This document shows positions 27,506-36,788 of a stretch of 64,000 nt of DNA, piece after piece (within the stretch, counting starts at the first letter, position 1; each line of letters starts with the position of its first letter). A program made the position numbers and the translations under genes. The notes below the pieces were generated by a model. That model saw only the letters and a list, made by a program, of their open reading frames with translations, was not told the origin of the DNA and did not search any database. Source of the stretch: an uncultured Nocardioides sp. (GTDB lineage Bacteria; Actinomycetota; Actinomycetes; Propionibacteriales; Nocardioidaceae); assembly GCF_902805925.1 (NCBI RefSeq), contig NZ_CADCUP010000192.1:3830-67829 (forward strand). Reading direction: 5' to 3'.

Positions 27506-28440
27506 GCGCGGCCCAGGGCGCGCAGCACCGCGATCACGCCGCGGTCGCGCTCCGCCACGAGGTCGTCGATCGTCCGGCCGGCCGCCTCCCGGTCACACCC
27601 CTCGACCACGGCGTCGCGCAGCTCAGGGGTGAGCTCGGCGGCCCGGAGCCGGGTCCAGGGCGACAGCAGCGAGGGGCCGAAGTGGTCGAGCATGTGCGCC
27701 ATCCCGCCCTGTCCCCCTGCGAGGTGGAAGGTCAGCATGGGGCCCTGCACGGGCCACCGGAGGCCGGGGCCGTCGGTGATCGAGAGGTCGATCTGCTCCA
27801 CCGTCGCCTCGCCGGCCGCGACCATGTGCAGGGCCTCGCGCCACAGCGCCTCCTGCAGGCGATTGGCGATGAAGCCGGGGACCTCCCGGTCCATCGTGAT
27901 CACGGACTTGCCCGCGAGCCGGAAGAAGTCGGAGGCCCACGCCACCACCTCGGGGTCGGTGCGTGTGCCGCCGGCGACCTCCACGAGCGGGATCAGGTAC
28001 GGCGGGTTGAAGGGGTGCCCGACCACCGTGCGGCCAGGGCGGGCGCACTCGGTCTGCATCTCCGACATCCCGAAGCCCGACGTGGACGAGGAGATCACGA
28101 CGTCCTCCGGCGTCGCCGCGTCGATGTCGGCCAGCAGCCGGCGCTTGAGCGCGAGGTCCTCCGGGGCGCTCTCCTGGACGAAGTCCGCCTGGACGCAGGC
28201 CCTCCCCAGGTCGGGCTCGAAGACCAGGGAGGCCCGGTCGGCGCCGTCCGCCAGCCCGAGCTCGCTCAGCGCCGGCCACGCGGCGTCGACGAGGTGGTGC
28301 AGCCTCTCCTCCGCGCCGGCGCCCGGGTCCCAGGCGACCACCCGGTAGCCCCTGGCGAGGAAGTAGGCGGCCCATCCGCCGCCGATGACGCCGGCGCCCG
28401 CGCACACGACGGTGCGCACGTCCTGCGAGGCCGGTCGCAC
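27502..28440 (-). CDS. 3-hydroxyacyl-CoA dehydrogenase family protein, L-carnitine dehydrogenase-like
   Basis: It has the Rossmann motif CAGAGVIGGGWAAYFLARG and a C-terminal 3HCDH domain. Its size (312 aa) and its neighbours (BKACE, thioesterase) match carnitine dehydrogenase modules. Confidence 0.78.
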   Translation of the reverse strand: MRPASQDVRTVVCAGAGVIGGGWAAYFLARGYRVVAWDPGAGAEERLHHLVDAAWPALSELGLADGADRASLVFEPDLGRACVQADFVQESAPEDLALKRRLLADIDAATPEDVVISSSTSGFGMSEMQTECARPGRTVVGHPFNPPYLIPLVEVAGGTRTDPEVVAWASDFFRLAGKSVITMDREVPGFIANRLQEALWREALHMVAAGEATVEQIDLSITDGPGLRWPVQGPMLTFHLAGGQGGMAHMLDHFGPSLLSPWTRLRAAELTPELRDAVVEGCDREAAGRTIDDLVAERDRGVIAVLRALGRA

Positions 28441-28441
28441 C

Positions 28442-29341
28442 TCAGGACCACGCCTTGAGTCGCAGGATCTCGCGGGCCTCGTCCGGCGTCGCGACCTTCG
28501 CCCCCATCGCCTCGACGATGGTGCGGGCCTGCTCCACCAGCTGCCCGTTGGTGGCCTTCACGCCCTTGCGCAGGTAGAGGTTGTCCTCGAGCCCGACGCG
28601 CACGTGGCCGCCCAGCAGGACCGACTGCGCCACCCACGGCATCTGCATGGGACCGAGCGCGAACGACGCCCACACCGCGCCCTCGGGCAGCTGCTGGACC
28701 ATCGCGGCGAGGGTGGCGGGATCGGCGGGCGCGCCGTACGGGATGCCCATGCACAGCTGGAACAACGCCGGCGAGTCGATCAGGCCCTCCTCGACGAGCT
28801 CCTTGGCGAACCACAGGTGACCGGTGTCGAAGATCTCCATCTCCACCCGGACGCCGAGCTCCTGGATCCGCTTCGCCCCGTCGCGCAGCATGTCCGGCGT
28901 GCTCACGTAGACCAGGCTGCCCCCGCCGAAGTTGAGGCTGCCGCAGTCGAGCGTGCAGATGTCGGGGAGGAGCTCCTCCACGTGCGCGAGCCGCTCGACC
29001 CCGTTGACGAGGTCGGTGCCGTCGAGGAACGTCGTGGGCGCCTGCGGGTCCAGGACGAGGTCGCCGCCCATCCCGGCGGTGGTGTTGACGATGACGTCGA
29101 CGTCGGACGCGCGGATCCGCTCGACCACCTCGCGGTACAACGCGACGTCGCGCGACCCCTTGCCGGTCTCGGGGTCCCGGACGTGGACGTGGACGATCGC
29201 GGCGCCCGCACGGGCGGCCTCGATCCCCGCCTCGGCGATCTGCTCCGGGGTCACGGGCACGAGCTCCGAGCGGCCGACGGTGTCCCCCGCGCCGGTCAGG
29301 GCACAGGTGATCATCACCGTGCGGTTCATCGCGGCCTTCAT
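28442..29341 (-). CDS. beta-keto acid cleavage enzyme (BKACE, DUF849; 3-keto-5-aminohexanoate cleavage enzyme family)
   Basis: I chose the ATG at 29341 ([21 protein letters not shown]...), with GGAG upstream. It carries the Zn-site pattern HVHVRD and the motif VGLEDN. Confidence 0.85.
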   Translation of the reverse strand: MKAAMNRTVMITCALTGAGDTVGRSELVPVTPEQIAEAGIEAARAGAAIVHVHVRDPETGKGSRDVALYREVVERIRASDVDVIVNTTAGMGGDLVLDPQAPTTFLDGTDLVNGVERLAHVEELLPDICTLDCGSLNFGGGSLVYVSTPDMLRDGAKRIQELGVRVEMEIFDTGHLWFAKELVEEGLIDSPALFQLCMGIPYGAPADPATLAAMVQQLPEGAVWASFALGPMQMPWVAQSVLLGGHVRVGLEDNLYLRKGVKATNGQLVEQARTIVEAMGAKVATPDEAREILRLKAWS

Positions 29342-30504
29342 GGGTGCCTCTCCTTCTGTCTGTCTGCTCGTTCTTCTGGCTGGGTCCCGGAGGTCGCCGC
29401 GGCGTCGAGGAGGGCGTGCAGCCCGAGGTAGCTGAGGTCGCGGTGCTGGCGGTCGGCCCAGGGGTCGTCGTAGGGCCACAGGGAGGTCTTGACCACGGCC
29501 GAGCCCGTACGCCGGTCGACCGCGGCCAGCTGGCCACGGCTGCCGTCGGCGGTGACCCGGTGACCCTCGTCGTCCATCGGCCACCAGTGGTAGCCGAAGC
29601 CGGCGTGGGTGGTGATGCTGCTCGGCAGGCGCCCCACCCCCAGGAAGGGGTACGCCGGCCGCGCGGCCGCCGCGACCCAGTCCGGGTCGAGCAGCCGCTC
29701 GCCCGTGTCGCTGCGCCCCGCGACGGCCAGCAGGGCGACCTTCGCCCAGTCCCGCGCCGTGGCGGCCAGGCCGCCCCCGGCCAGGGCCACCCCGGCGCCG
29801 TCGACCGCCATGGCGGCGTCGTGGGTGCAGCCCAGGTCGCGCCAGAGCCGGGTCAGGTCGTCGGCGTACGCGCGCCCGGTCGCGCGCTCGCGCACCCAGT
29901 CCAGGACCTGCGAGTCGGCGGTGCAGTAGGCGAAGCGCGTCCCGGGTGCCTCCCCCTGCCGCACCGAGGCCAGCAGCGCGCGGGAGTCCCCCGGTCCGGC
30001 GAAGCATGCCAGGAGCCGCGAGGCCGGGCTCGCGGGGTCGCGGTGGTCCTCGACCCAGTCGACGCCCGAGGTCATGGTGAGGAGGTCCGCGACCGTGGTG
30101 CCGTCGTACCCGCTGCCGGAGAGGTCGGGGACGTGCGCGACCACGTGGTCGGCCGGCGTCAGGGCACCCTCCCGGACCGCCCGGCCCACCAGGTGGGCGA
30201 GGACCGACTTGGACATCGAGGCGCCGAGGAATCGCGTGTCGGGCCCCAGTCCGTCGGCGTACCACTCGTGCACGACGCGGCCGCCCTCGACCACGAGCAG
30301 CGAGGTGGACCACGTCTCGTGGACCCACGCCGGCAGGCTGCGCGACCGTCCGGCGCCGGAGACCTCGACCGCCAGGCCCCGGGGCGCCCCCGGCAGCGGG
30401 CGGCCCGCGGCCGCCGGCACGGCCACGTGGCTCCAGCCCGGCTCCTGCTGGGGGTCGGTGAACGGCAGGGTGGAGAGTGCGGACCCCACGGTGGAGACGC
30501 GCAC
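29338..30504 (-). CDS. serine hydrolase, beta-lactamase fold (esterase/amidase candidate)
   Basis: It carries the S-x-x-K motif in [16 protein letters not shown]. Its stop overlaps the BKACE ATG (ATGA). The GTG start at 30504 is uncertain. Confidence 0.72.
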   Translation of the reverse strand: MRVSTVGSALSTLPFTDPQQEPGWSHVAVPAAAGRPLPGAPRGLAVEVSGAGRSRSLPAWVHETWSTSLLVVEGGRVVHEWYADGLGPDTRFLGASMSKSVLAHLVGRAVREGALTPADHVVAHVPDLSGSGYDGTTVADLLTMTSGVDWVEDHRDPASPASRLLACFAGPGDSRALLASVRQGEAPGTRFAYCTADSQVLDWVRERATGRAYADDLTRLWRDLGCTHDAAMAVDGAGVALAGGGLAATARDWAKVALLAVAGRSDTGERLLDPDWVAAAARPAYPFLGVGRLPSSITTHAGFGYHWWPMDDEGHRVTADGSRGQLAAVDRRTGSAVVKTSLWPYDDPWADRQHRDLSYLGLHALLDAAATSGTQPEERADRQKERHP

Positions 30505-30509
30505 CCGGC

Positions 30510-32315
30510 TCAGTCGATCCGCGGGCTGTTCGAGAGCAGCTTGCGGGTGTACTCCTCCCGCGGGGTCTCCATGACGGTCACGACGGGGCCCGCCTCGACG
30601 ACCTGCCCGTCCTGCAGGATCTGGACGCTCGCCGCGATCGAGCGCACCAGCGCCAGGTTGTGGGTCACGAAGAGCATGCTGATGCCCCGCTCCTGGCGCA
30701 GCCCCTCGAGCAGCTCCACGATCGACCCCTGCACCGACACGTCCAGCGCCGAGGTGATCTCGTCGCAGATCATCACGTCGGGCTGGGCGGCCAGCGCGCG
30801 GGCGATGGCGACCCGCTGCCGCTCACCGCCCGAGAGCCGGCTGGCCTGGTAGTGCAGCATCTGCGAACCGAGCGCGACCTGGCCCATGAGCTCGACGACC
30901 CGGTCGGTGGCCTCCTTGCCCCTGGCCAGGCCGAACAGCTCCATGGGCCGCCGGATGATCTGCTCGATGGTCAGCCGCGGGTTCAGCGAGAGGTAGGGGT
31001 TCTGGAAGATGTACTGCATGCGTCGCCGGTCCTCGGCGGTGCGCTTGCGGGCGCTGGTCGCCAGGGTCCGGCCCTCGAAGGCGACGGTGCCGGTCCAGTC
31101 CTTGTGCAGGCCGCCGACCGAGCGCGAGATCGTGGTCTTGCCGCTGCCGGACTCGCCGACCAGCGCGACCACCTCTCCCTTGGCCAGGTCGAAGGAGACG
31201 TCGTGGACCACCTGCTTGCGGCCGTAGAAGACCGTGAGGCCCTCGACCGAGAGGATGACGTCGCGCGCGCGGTCGGGGTCGGCGTCGGGGACGGTGCCGA
31301 GGTTGATGTCCCACGTCCCGATCTCGCCGACCCGGTGGCAGCGCACGTCGTGGTCGGGCGCGATGGTGCGCAGCTCCGGCACCTCCGTGCGGCACCGGTC
31401 GACGACGAAGCCACACCGGTCGTTGAACCGGCAGCCGTCGGGCCGGCGGCCGGGAGACGGTGTCCGGCCCGGGATGCCCTTGAGGGCGCGGGCCTGGCTC
31501 AGGTGCGGGATCGAGTCGAGCAGCGCCCGGGTGTAGGGGTGCGAGGGGTTCTGGAAGATCGTGTCCCGGGGCCCGAGCTCGGCGATCTGCCCGGCGTACA
31601 TCACGGCGACCCGGTCGGCGATGTTGGCCACCACGGCGAGGTCGTGCGTCACGTAGAGCGCGCTGACGCCGTGGGCGCGGCACAGCCCGGCCATCGTGTC
31701 GAGGACCATCTTCTGGGTGGTCACGTCGAGGCCGGTCGTGGGCTCGTCGAGCACGAGCACCTTGGGCTTGGGCAGGAACGCCATGGCCAGCGCGACGCGC
31801 TGCACCTGTCCGCCCGAGAGCTGGTGGGCGTAGCGCCGGAGGAACTCGTCGTCGTTCGGCAGCCCTACCTCGGCCAGGCCGTCCCGGGCGGCCTGCAGCC
31901 GCGACCCGGCGGTGCCGATGCCGCGCAGCTGCTGCAGCTCGACGATCTGCCTGCCGATCCGGATGCTGGGGTTGAGCGCGGACGCAGGGTCCTGCGGGAC
32001 GTAGGCGATCTCCTCGCCGCGCAGCTTGCGCACCTCGCGCCAGTGCATGGTGAGGACGTCGCGGTCCTCGAGCAGGACCCTGCCCGCCGAGATGTGGGCG
32101 CCCGCCCGCGAGTAGCCGAGCAGCGAGGTGCCGACCGTCGTCTTGCCCGAGCCGGACTCGCCCACCAGGCCGACGACCTCACCGGGTCTCAGCACCAGGT
32201 CGATGCCGTCGACGACGTCGACGTCATCGCCGGTCAGGCTGACACCGAGGTCCTCGATGACCAGGCCGCCGGTCCTCCTGACGACGTGGCCGGTGGCGGA
32301 GGTGGTGGCGGTCAT
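30510..32315 (-). CDS. fused double ABC ATP-binding protein of a peptide/opine/nickel (Dpp/Opp-type) importer
   Basis: Two complete ATPase modules are present, each with [19 protein letters not shown] and DEPT/CDEIT motifs. Length is 601 aa. Confidence 0.9.
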   Translation of the reverse strand: MTATTSATGHVVRRTGGLVIEDLGVSLTGDDVDVVDGIDLVLRPGEVVGLVGESGSGKTTVGTSLLGYSRAGAHISAGRVLLEDRDVLTMHWREVRKLRGEEIAYVPQDPASALNPSIRIGRQIVELQQLRGIGTAGSRLQAARDGLAEVGLPNDDEFLRRYAHQLSGGQVQRVALAMAFLPKPKVLVLDEPTTGLDVTTQKMVLDTMAGLCRAHGVSALYVTHDLAVVANIADRVAVMYAGQIAELGPRDTIFQNPSHPYTRALLDSIPHLSQARALKGIPGRTPSPGRRPDGCRFNDRCGFVVDRCRTEVPELRTIAPDHDVRCHRVGEIGTWDINLGTVPDADPDRARDVILSVEGLTVFYGRKQVVHDVSFDLAKGEVVALVGESGSGKTTISRSVGGLHKDWTGTVAFEGRTLATSARKRTAEDRRRMQYIFQNPYLSLNPRLTIEQIIRRPMELFGLARGKEATDRVVELMGQVALGSQMLHYQASRLSGGERQRVAIARALAAQPDVMICDEITSALDVSVQGSIVELLEGLRQERGISMLFVTHNLALVRSIAASVQILQDGQVVEAGPVVTVMETPREEYTRKLLSNSPRID

Positions 32316-32316
32316 G

Positions 32317-33159
32317 TCAGTCGCCCTTCTGGCTCGCCTGCGCGAGGCCGTCGGCCATCAGGTTGGTCGCGATGGTGAAGATGGCGATCATCAGCACCGG
32401 CGCCACCACCGCCCAGGGTTGGGTCTGGAGACCCAGTCGGTTCTCGTTCATCATCTGGCCCCAGTTGGCCGCGCCCGGGTCCGCGGCGAAGCCGAGGAAG
32501 CCGAGGGCGGCGACCACCCCGATCGAGTAGGTGAGCCGGAGCCCGGCCTCCGCGAGCAGCGGCCCGATCATGTTCGGGAGCACCTCGGCGACGATCACGC
32601 GGCTCCGCTTCTCGCCGAGCGCCTCGGCGGCGACCACGAAGTCGCGGGACACGATCCCGAGTGCGACGCCGCGCGAGACCCGCGCCACCCTGGGCGCGTG
32701 CGAGACCCCGATGAGGACCACGATCACCCACGAGGCGGGATTCTGCAGGGCCGTGAGGACGACCAGGGCGAGGAGGATCTGCGGGAAGGCGAGGAGCACG
32801 TCGTTGAGGCGCATGATGACCTCGTCCCACCACCCGCCGGCGTAGGCCGCGACCACGCCGATCAGGACACCGAGCACCATGCCGAGCAGGGTCGCGAGCA
32901 CCGAGATGAGCAGGACTCCCTGGCCGCCGTGCATCAGTCGGCTCAACACGTCCTGGCCGATGTAGTCGGTGCCGAAGAGCCCGTCGGGGGCGTACGGCGG
33001 TCCGGCGGTCTCCTCCTCGGTGTACGGCGCGAAGAACGGCGCGAGGATCGCGAACAGCACGATGAGCAGGGTCACGCCGAACCCGAACGCGAACCGCTTC
33101 TGCTGGAGCGCCCGGCGGAAGAAGCTAGCCGGGGCGGGGGCTGCCTGGGTGTCGGTCAT
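32317..33159 (-). CDS. ABC importer permease (DppC/OppC-like)
   Basis: The ATG at 33159 overlaps the stop of the upstream permease (ATGA). It shows the BPD-transporter-type helix pattern. Confidence 0.85.
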   Translation of the reverse strand: MTDTQAAPAPASFFRRALQQKRFAFGFGVTLLIVLFAILAPFFAPYTEEETAGPPYAPDGLFGTDYIGQDVLSRLMHGGQGVLLISVLATLLGMVLGVLIGVVAAYAGGWWDEVIMRLNDVLLAFPQILLALVVLTALQNPASWVIVVLIGVSHAPRVARVSRGVALGIVSRDFVVAAEALGEKRSRVIVAEVLPNMIGPLLAEAGLRLTYSIGVVAALGFLGFAADPGAANWGQMMNENRLGLQTQPWAVVAPVLMIAIFTIATNLMADGLAQASQKGD

Positions 33160-34190
33160 GAGGAGATCGCCGTCCTCGCGCGCGGGGTCAGGAGGATCGA
33201 GAGCACGTCGGCCACGAGGTTCACCACGATGTAGACCCCGGCGATGATCATGCTGAGCGCCTGGACCATCGGGACGTCGTGGTTGCGGACCGAGTCGACG
33301 AGCTGCTTGCCGACCCCGGGGTAGGCGAACAACGTCTCGACGAGCACGACGCCGCCGGCCAGCCACGCGAGCTGGAGGGCGATGACCTGGATGCCGGGCA
33401 CGATCGCGTTGAGCAGCGCGTGCCTGCGCATCACGACCGGCTCGGGGATGCCCTTGAGCCGGGCGAGCTCGACGTAGTCGCTGTCGAGCACCTCGAGCAG
33501 GGTCGCCCGCACGATCCGGGAGACGTACGGCGTCACCGCGAGCACCAGCGTGGCGACCGGGAGCACCATGCCCTTCGGCTCGTCCCACGGGCTGCCGCCC
33601 GGGGCCACCAGGGTGACGGCCGGGAAGATGTTGAACACCGACGTCGAGAAGAGGGCGACCAGCAGGATGCCGGTCACGAACTCGGGGACGCCGGCCAGCG
33701 CCAGCAGGACCGTCTGGATGACGGTGTCCGGGCGCTTGCGACGGAAGTGCGCCGAGATCATCGCGATGCCGAAGGCCAGCGGGATCATGACCAGCGCCGA
33801 CAGGAGCACCAGCACCAGCGTGTTCGTGACCGTGCTCGAGATCTGGCCCCACACCGGCTGCTGGTTGGCCAGCGACGTACCCAGGTCACCGGTCACCAGG
33901 CCGCCGAGCCAGTCGAGGTAGCGGCTGACCAGGGAGTCGCCGACGCCGAGCTGGTCCTCCAGCTGCTGGCGTCGGGCGACGTTGGAGTCGTAGTCGCGCC
34001 CGAGGATCGCGCGGACCGGGTCGCCGAGGGCGGCGGTGGCCACGAAGACCAGGACCGAGACGAGCCACATGGTCAGGGCCGCCAGGCCGAGGCGGCGTGC
34101 GAGCCAGAGGCCCCACGCCGCCCCGCCGGAGCGGCCCCGAGGAGGTGCGACCTCCGCGAGCGGATCAGGGAGAGTCGCGACCTGGGTCAT
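33156..34190 (-). CDS. ABC importer permease (DppB/OppB-like)
   Basis: 344 aa with six helices and an EAA-like loop (ELARLKGIPE). Confidence 0.85.
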   Translation of the reverse strand: MTQVATLPDPLAEVAPPRGRSGGAAWGLWLARRLGLAALTMWLVSVLVFVATAALGDPVRAILGRDYDSNVARRQQLEDQLGVGDSLVSRYLDWLGGLVTGDLGTSLANQQPVWGQISSTVTNTLVLVLLSALVMIPLAFGIAMISAHFRRKRPDTVIQTVLLALAGVPEFVTGILLVALFSTSVFNIFPAVTLVAPGGSPWDEPKGMVLPVATLVLAVTPYVSRIVRATLLEVLDSDYVELARLKGIPEPVVMRRHALLNAIVPGIQVIALQLAWLAGGVVLVETLFAYPGVGKQLVDSVRNHDVPMVQALSMIIAGVYIVVNLVADVLSILLTPRARTAISS

Positions 34191-34191
34191 C

Positions 34192-35778
34192 TCAGACCGA
34201 GACCTTGCTGAACTTGTAGTTGCCGAGCGGTAGGTACTTGCTGGGCTCCAGGCCCTGCACGTTGCTCGCGTGGGCGTCGATCTGGTTGCGGAAGCCCCAG
34301 ATGATCAGCCCGCCCTCGTTGTACTCGATCTCCTGCGCGTCGCGGATCAGCTCGGCCCGCCTGGCCTCGTCGACCTCCTTGGCCGCCGCGTTGACCAGGT
34401 CGCGGTGCTCCTGGTTGTCCCAGTGGGTCTCGTTGTAGGTGCCGCCCTGCTCCGGCGGGAACGTGCCGACCACCGCCTGCGGGATGTAGTTGCGGGTGTT
34501 CCAGAAGTCCTGGGCGAAGGTGTAGGACAGGTAGTCGTCGTCGTAGAACGGCGTCTTCTTGGTGACCTTGACCTCGACCCCGGCTGCCTTGGCCTGCTCG
34601 GCGAAGAGGTTCGCCGCCGGGACGGCCACGGAGCCGATGTCGTCGCCGGTGAACAGCTCGACCTGCAGGCCCTCCGCACCCGCCTGGGCGAGCAGGGACT
34701 TGGCCTGGTCGATGTCCTGCTCGCGCTGCGGCAGGTCGCTGGCATAGGCCGTGTCCAGCGGGGCGTAGAGGTCGTTGCCCAGCGAGCCGTAGCCGCTCAG
34801 CGTCTGGTCGATCATCGCCTGCCGGTCGACGATCAGGCGGAAGGCCTGGCGGACGCGGACGTCGTTGAACGGCGCCTGGTCGACGCGCATGGTGAACGGC
34901 GTCCACTGGCCGCCCTGGGCCTCGAGCACGCCGCCGCCGGCCCCCTTGATGGTGTCGATCAGGTTGTAGGGCAGGTTGTCCAGCGTCTGGATCTGGTTGG
35001 CCTGCAGCGCGTTGACCTTCGCGTTGTCGTCGGCGAAGTCCTGGATGACCAGCTCGTCGAGGAAGGCGGCGTCGCCCCAGTAGTCGGCGTACTTGGTGAA
35101 GGTGCTGGTCTTGCCGGCCTCGAACGACTCGTAGGCGAACGCACCGGTGCCGACCGGGTTGGCCGGGTCGAACTCACCGCCGGGGATGATGCCCAGGGTG
35201 TACTCAGCGAGCAGCGAGTCGAGGATCGCGTAGGGCGTGTTGAGGACGATCTGCAGGGTGGCCTCGTCGACGACCTTGGACGACTCGAAGTCGATGATCT
35301 GCGAGAGCTGACCACCGGCCGACAGCGGCGCCTTCGGGTCCGCGACGCGGCGGATGCTGAGCCAGGCGTCCTCCGCGGTCACCGGCTGACCGTTGTGGAA
35401 GGTCGCGCCCTGCCGCATGGTGACCGTCCAGGTCTTGGCGTCGGCGGAGGGCTCCACGGACTCGGCGAGCGCCGCCTCGAGCTCGTAGTTGTTGTTCCAG
35501 AACAGCAGCGGCTCGTAGAGGTTGCAGACCCGGGCGATGTCGGCCGCGGTGACCGGCTGATGCGGGTCGATGGTGTCCTTGGCGCCGCCGCCGGTGGCGC
35601 CGTGGATGAGGGTGCCGCCGGACGCCTGCGGGCCACCACCGCCGCCGCCTCCCCCGCCGCCGTCCTCGCCGCAGGCGGTGAGGAAGCTGCTGCCGGCCAC
35701 GGCAGCGACGCCGATCCCGGAGTATCTCAACAGCTGGCGGCGGGAAAGCTCGAAGCTGGGGCGCGGATTCTGGTTCAC
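34192..35778 (-). CDS. ABC importer substrate-binding lipoprotein, family 5 (peptide/nickel/opine type)
   Basis: I chose the GTG at 35778, with GGGAG 7 nt upstream. It has a Tat-like SRRQLLR motif, the lipobox LTAC and a run of 10 Gly codons. A family-5 SBP body follows. Confidence 0.85.
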   Translation of the reverse strand: MNQNPRPSFELSRRQLLRYSGIGVAAVAGSSFLTACGEDGGGGGGGGGGPQASGGTLIHGATGGGAKDTIDPHQPVTAADIARVCNLYEPLLFWNNNYELEAALAESVEPSADAKTWTVTMRQGATFHNGQPVTAEDAWLSIRRVADPKAPLSAGGQLSQIIDFESSKVVDEATLQIVLNTPYAILDSLLAEYTLGIIPGGEFDPANPVGTGAFAYESFEAGKTSTFTKYADYWGDAAFLDELVIQDFADDNAKVNALQANQIQTLDNLPYNLIDTIKGAGGGVLEAQGGQWTPFTMRVDQAPFNDVRVRQAFRLIVDRQAMIDQTLSGYGSLGNDLYAPLDTAYASDLPQREQDIDQAKSLLAQAGAEGLQVELFTGDDIGSVAVPAANLFAEQAKAAGVEVKVTKKTPFYDDDYLSYTFAQDFWNTRNYIPQAVVGTFPPEQGGTYNETHWDNQEHRDLVNAAAKEVDEARRAELIRDAQEIEYNEGGLIIWGFRNQIDAHASNVQGLEPSKYLPLGNYKFSKVSV

Positions 35779-36077
35779 TTGGTGACTCCCTGTAGCGCTA
35801 TGCGAACGGGACGGCTGTGGTGTGGGCAACATAGTGGCTGGAATAACCCGCAGGAAATGAAAACGCGGCAATGGAGACGGAATTGTCACCAGTGGCCCAG
35901 CGGTCCAGGTCCACCAACAGGTCGCGTGAGGGCTTGCAGCATCGCCCGTAGCCCTGCACCTGTGCGAACCGCGCGCGAGCTCCCGGGGCGCGGAACAGGG
36001 CACGCAGTGGCGCACAGTGCGCCCACAGAGCGCCACAAGACGGGTCGGAGGTCGACGACTTCCTCGCGAGTCGCGTC

Positions 36078-36141
36078 ACCGCAGGTCAGAGCCGCTTTTC
36101 TCCAGCAGCGCGACACATTCGACGTGGTGCGTCATCGGGAA
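36078..36141 (-). repeat. orphan duplicate of the last 21 codons + stop of the RNA methyltransferase gene (att-like direct repeat, left copy)
   Basis: It aligns without gaps to 39127-39190 as 12 identical nt, 21 diverged nt (10/21) and 31 identical nt. On the minus strand it reads FPMTHHVECVALLEKSGSDLR-stop. Confidence 0.85.
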
Positions 36142-36788
36142 CACGCAAACGGCACTGAGCGTGAGTGCGATCGTTTGCGACTGGCTGCCCACATCGGACC
36201 AAACTGGCCACTGACCTGCGACGATGCCGCTGTTGCGCCTTGACATCGTCAGAACGTCTTTGCTGGAGGTTGCGAATCAAACCGAGCCCAATCCGAGCCC
36301 TCCGGTCATCGGGCGCCGGCAGTCGCAAACGACAGCAGGTCCAGATCTCCCCCCGAGCGCGAGCTTCGAGTACTGATCTATCACCGCCACGGGGATTTGG
36401 CCGCGGTCGGAGACGACGAAGTCGTTCGCGGATGCCCAGCGACGCACTCCGGCCGGAGTCGGCGGCGCAGGCGCGAGCGGCGGTGCCGCTTCGAGGCCGC
36501 GTACGACGATGTCTCACCGACGATCTTCTCGAAGAACCCGACGCGAGCGGCCGCGAGGAAGCGGCATGTCCACTCCTGGGCGAGCTCGCGGTCTCGCAGA
36601 ACACGATCGGCACGGTCGGGAACCGGACCTGGCACTCGGCGATCCCGTCGGCGACGACGCTCGGCCGAACGTGGTCGAGTTTGAAGACTTGCGAGTAGCG
36701 CTCCTCCGCGACCACTGCGCGCGTGGGATTGCCAGCAGTTCGGTGAGCTGGAATCTCAGCTTCCCTGCGGTGAGCCGGGCGTAGCCCG
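36142..36788 (-). pseudogene. decayed gene remnant (unknown family) with several frame switches
   Basis: Minus-strand segments with good third-position GC occur in three different frames: EERYSQVFKLDHVRPSVVADGIAECQVRFPTVPIVF, RELAQEWTCRFLAAARVGFFEKIVGE and NDFVVSDRGQIPVAVIDQYSKLALGG. No single intact ORF explains them. Confidence 0.3.

Noticed and set aside
36142-36788. I considered calling the decayed gene an aminoglycoside/choline-kinase-like phosphotransferase, because of ...NDFVVSDRGQIPVAVIDQYSKLALGGDLDLL (resembles N-x-l-v...viD-x-x-x-a-x-x-GD-x-x-x-DL).
   Set aside because: The catalytic H-x-D-x4-N spacing cannot be reconstructed in any frame, and the upstream pieces do not look like an APH N-lobe. 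The assignment is too speculative without a frameshift-aware database search.
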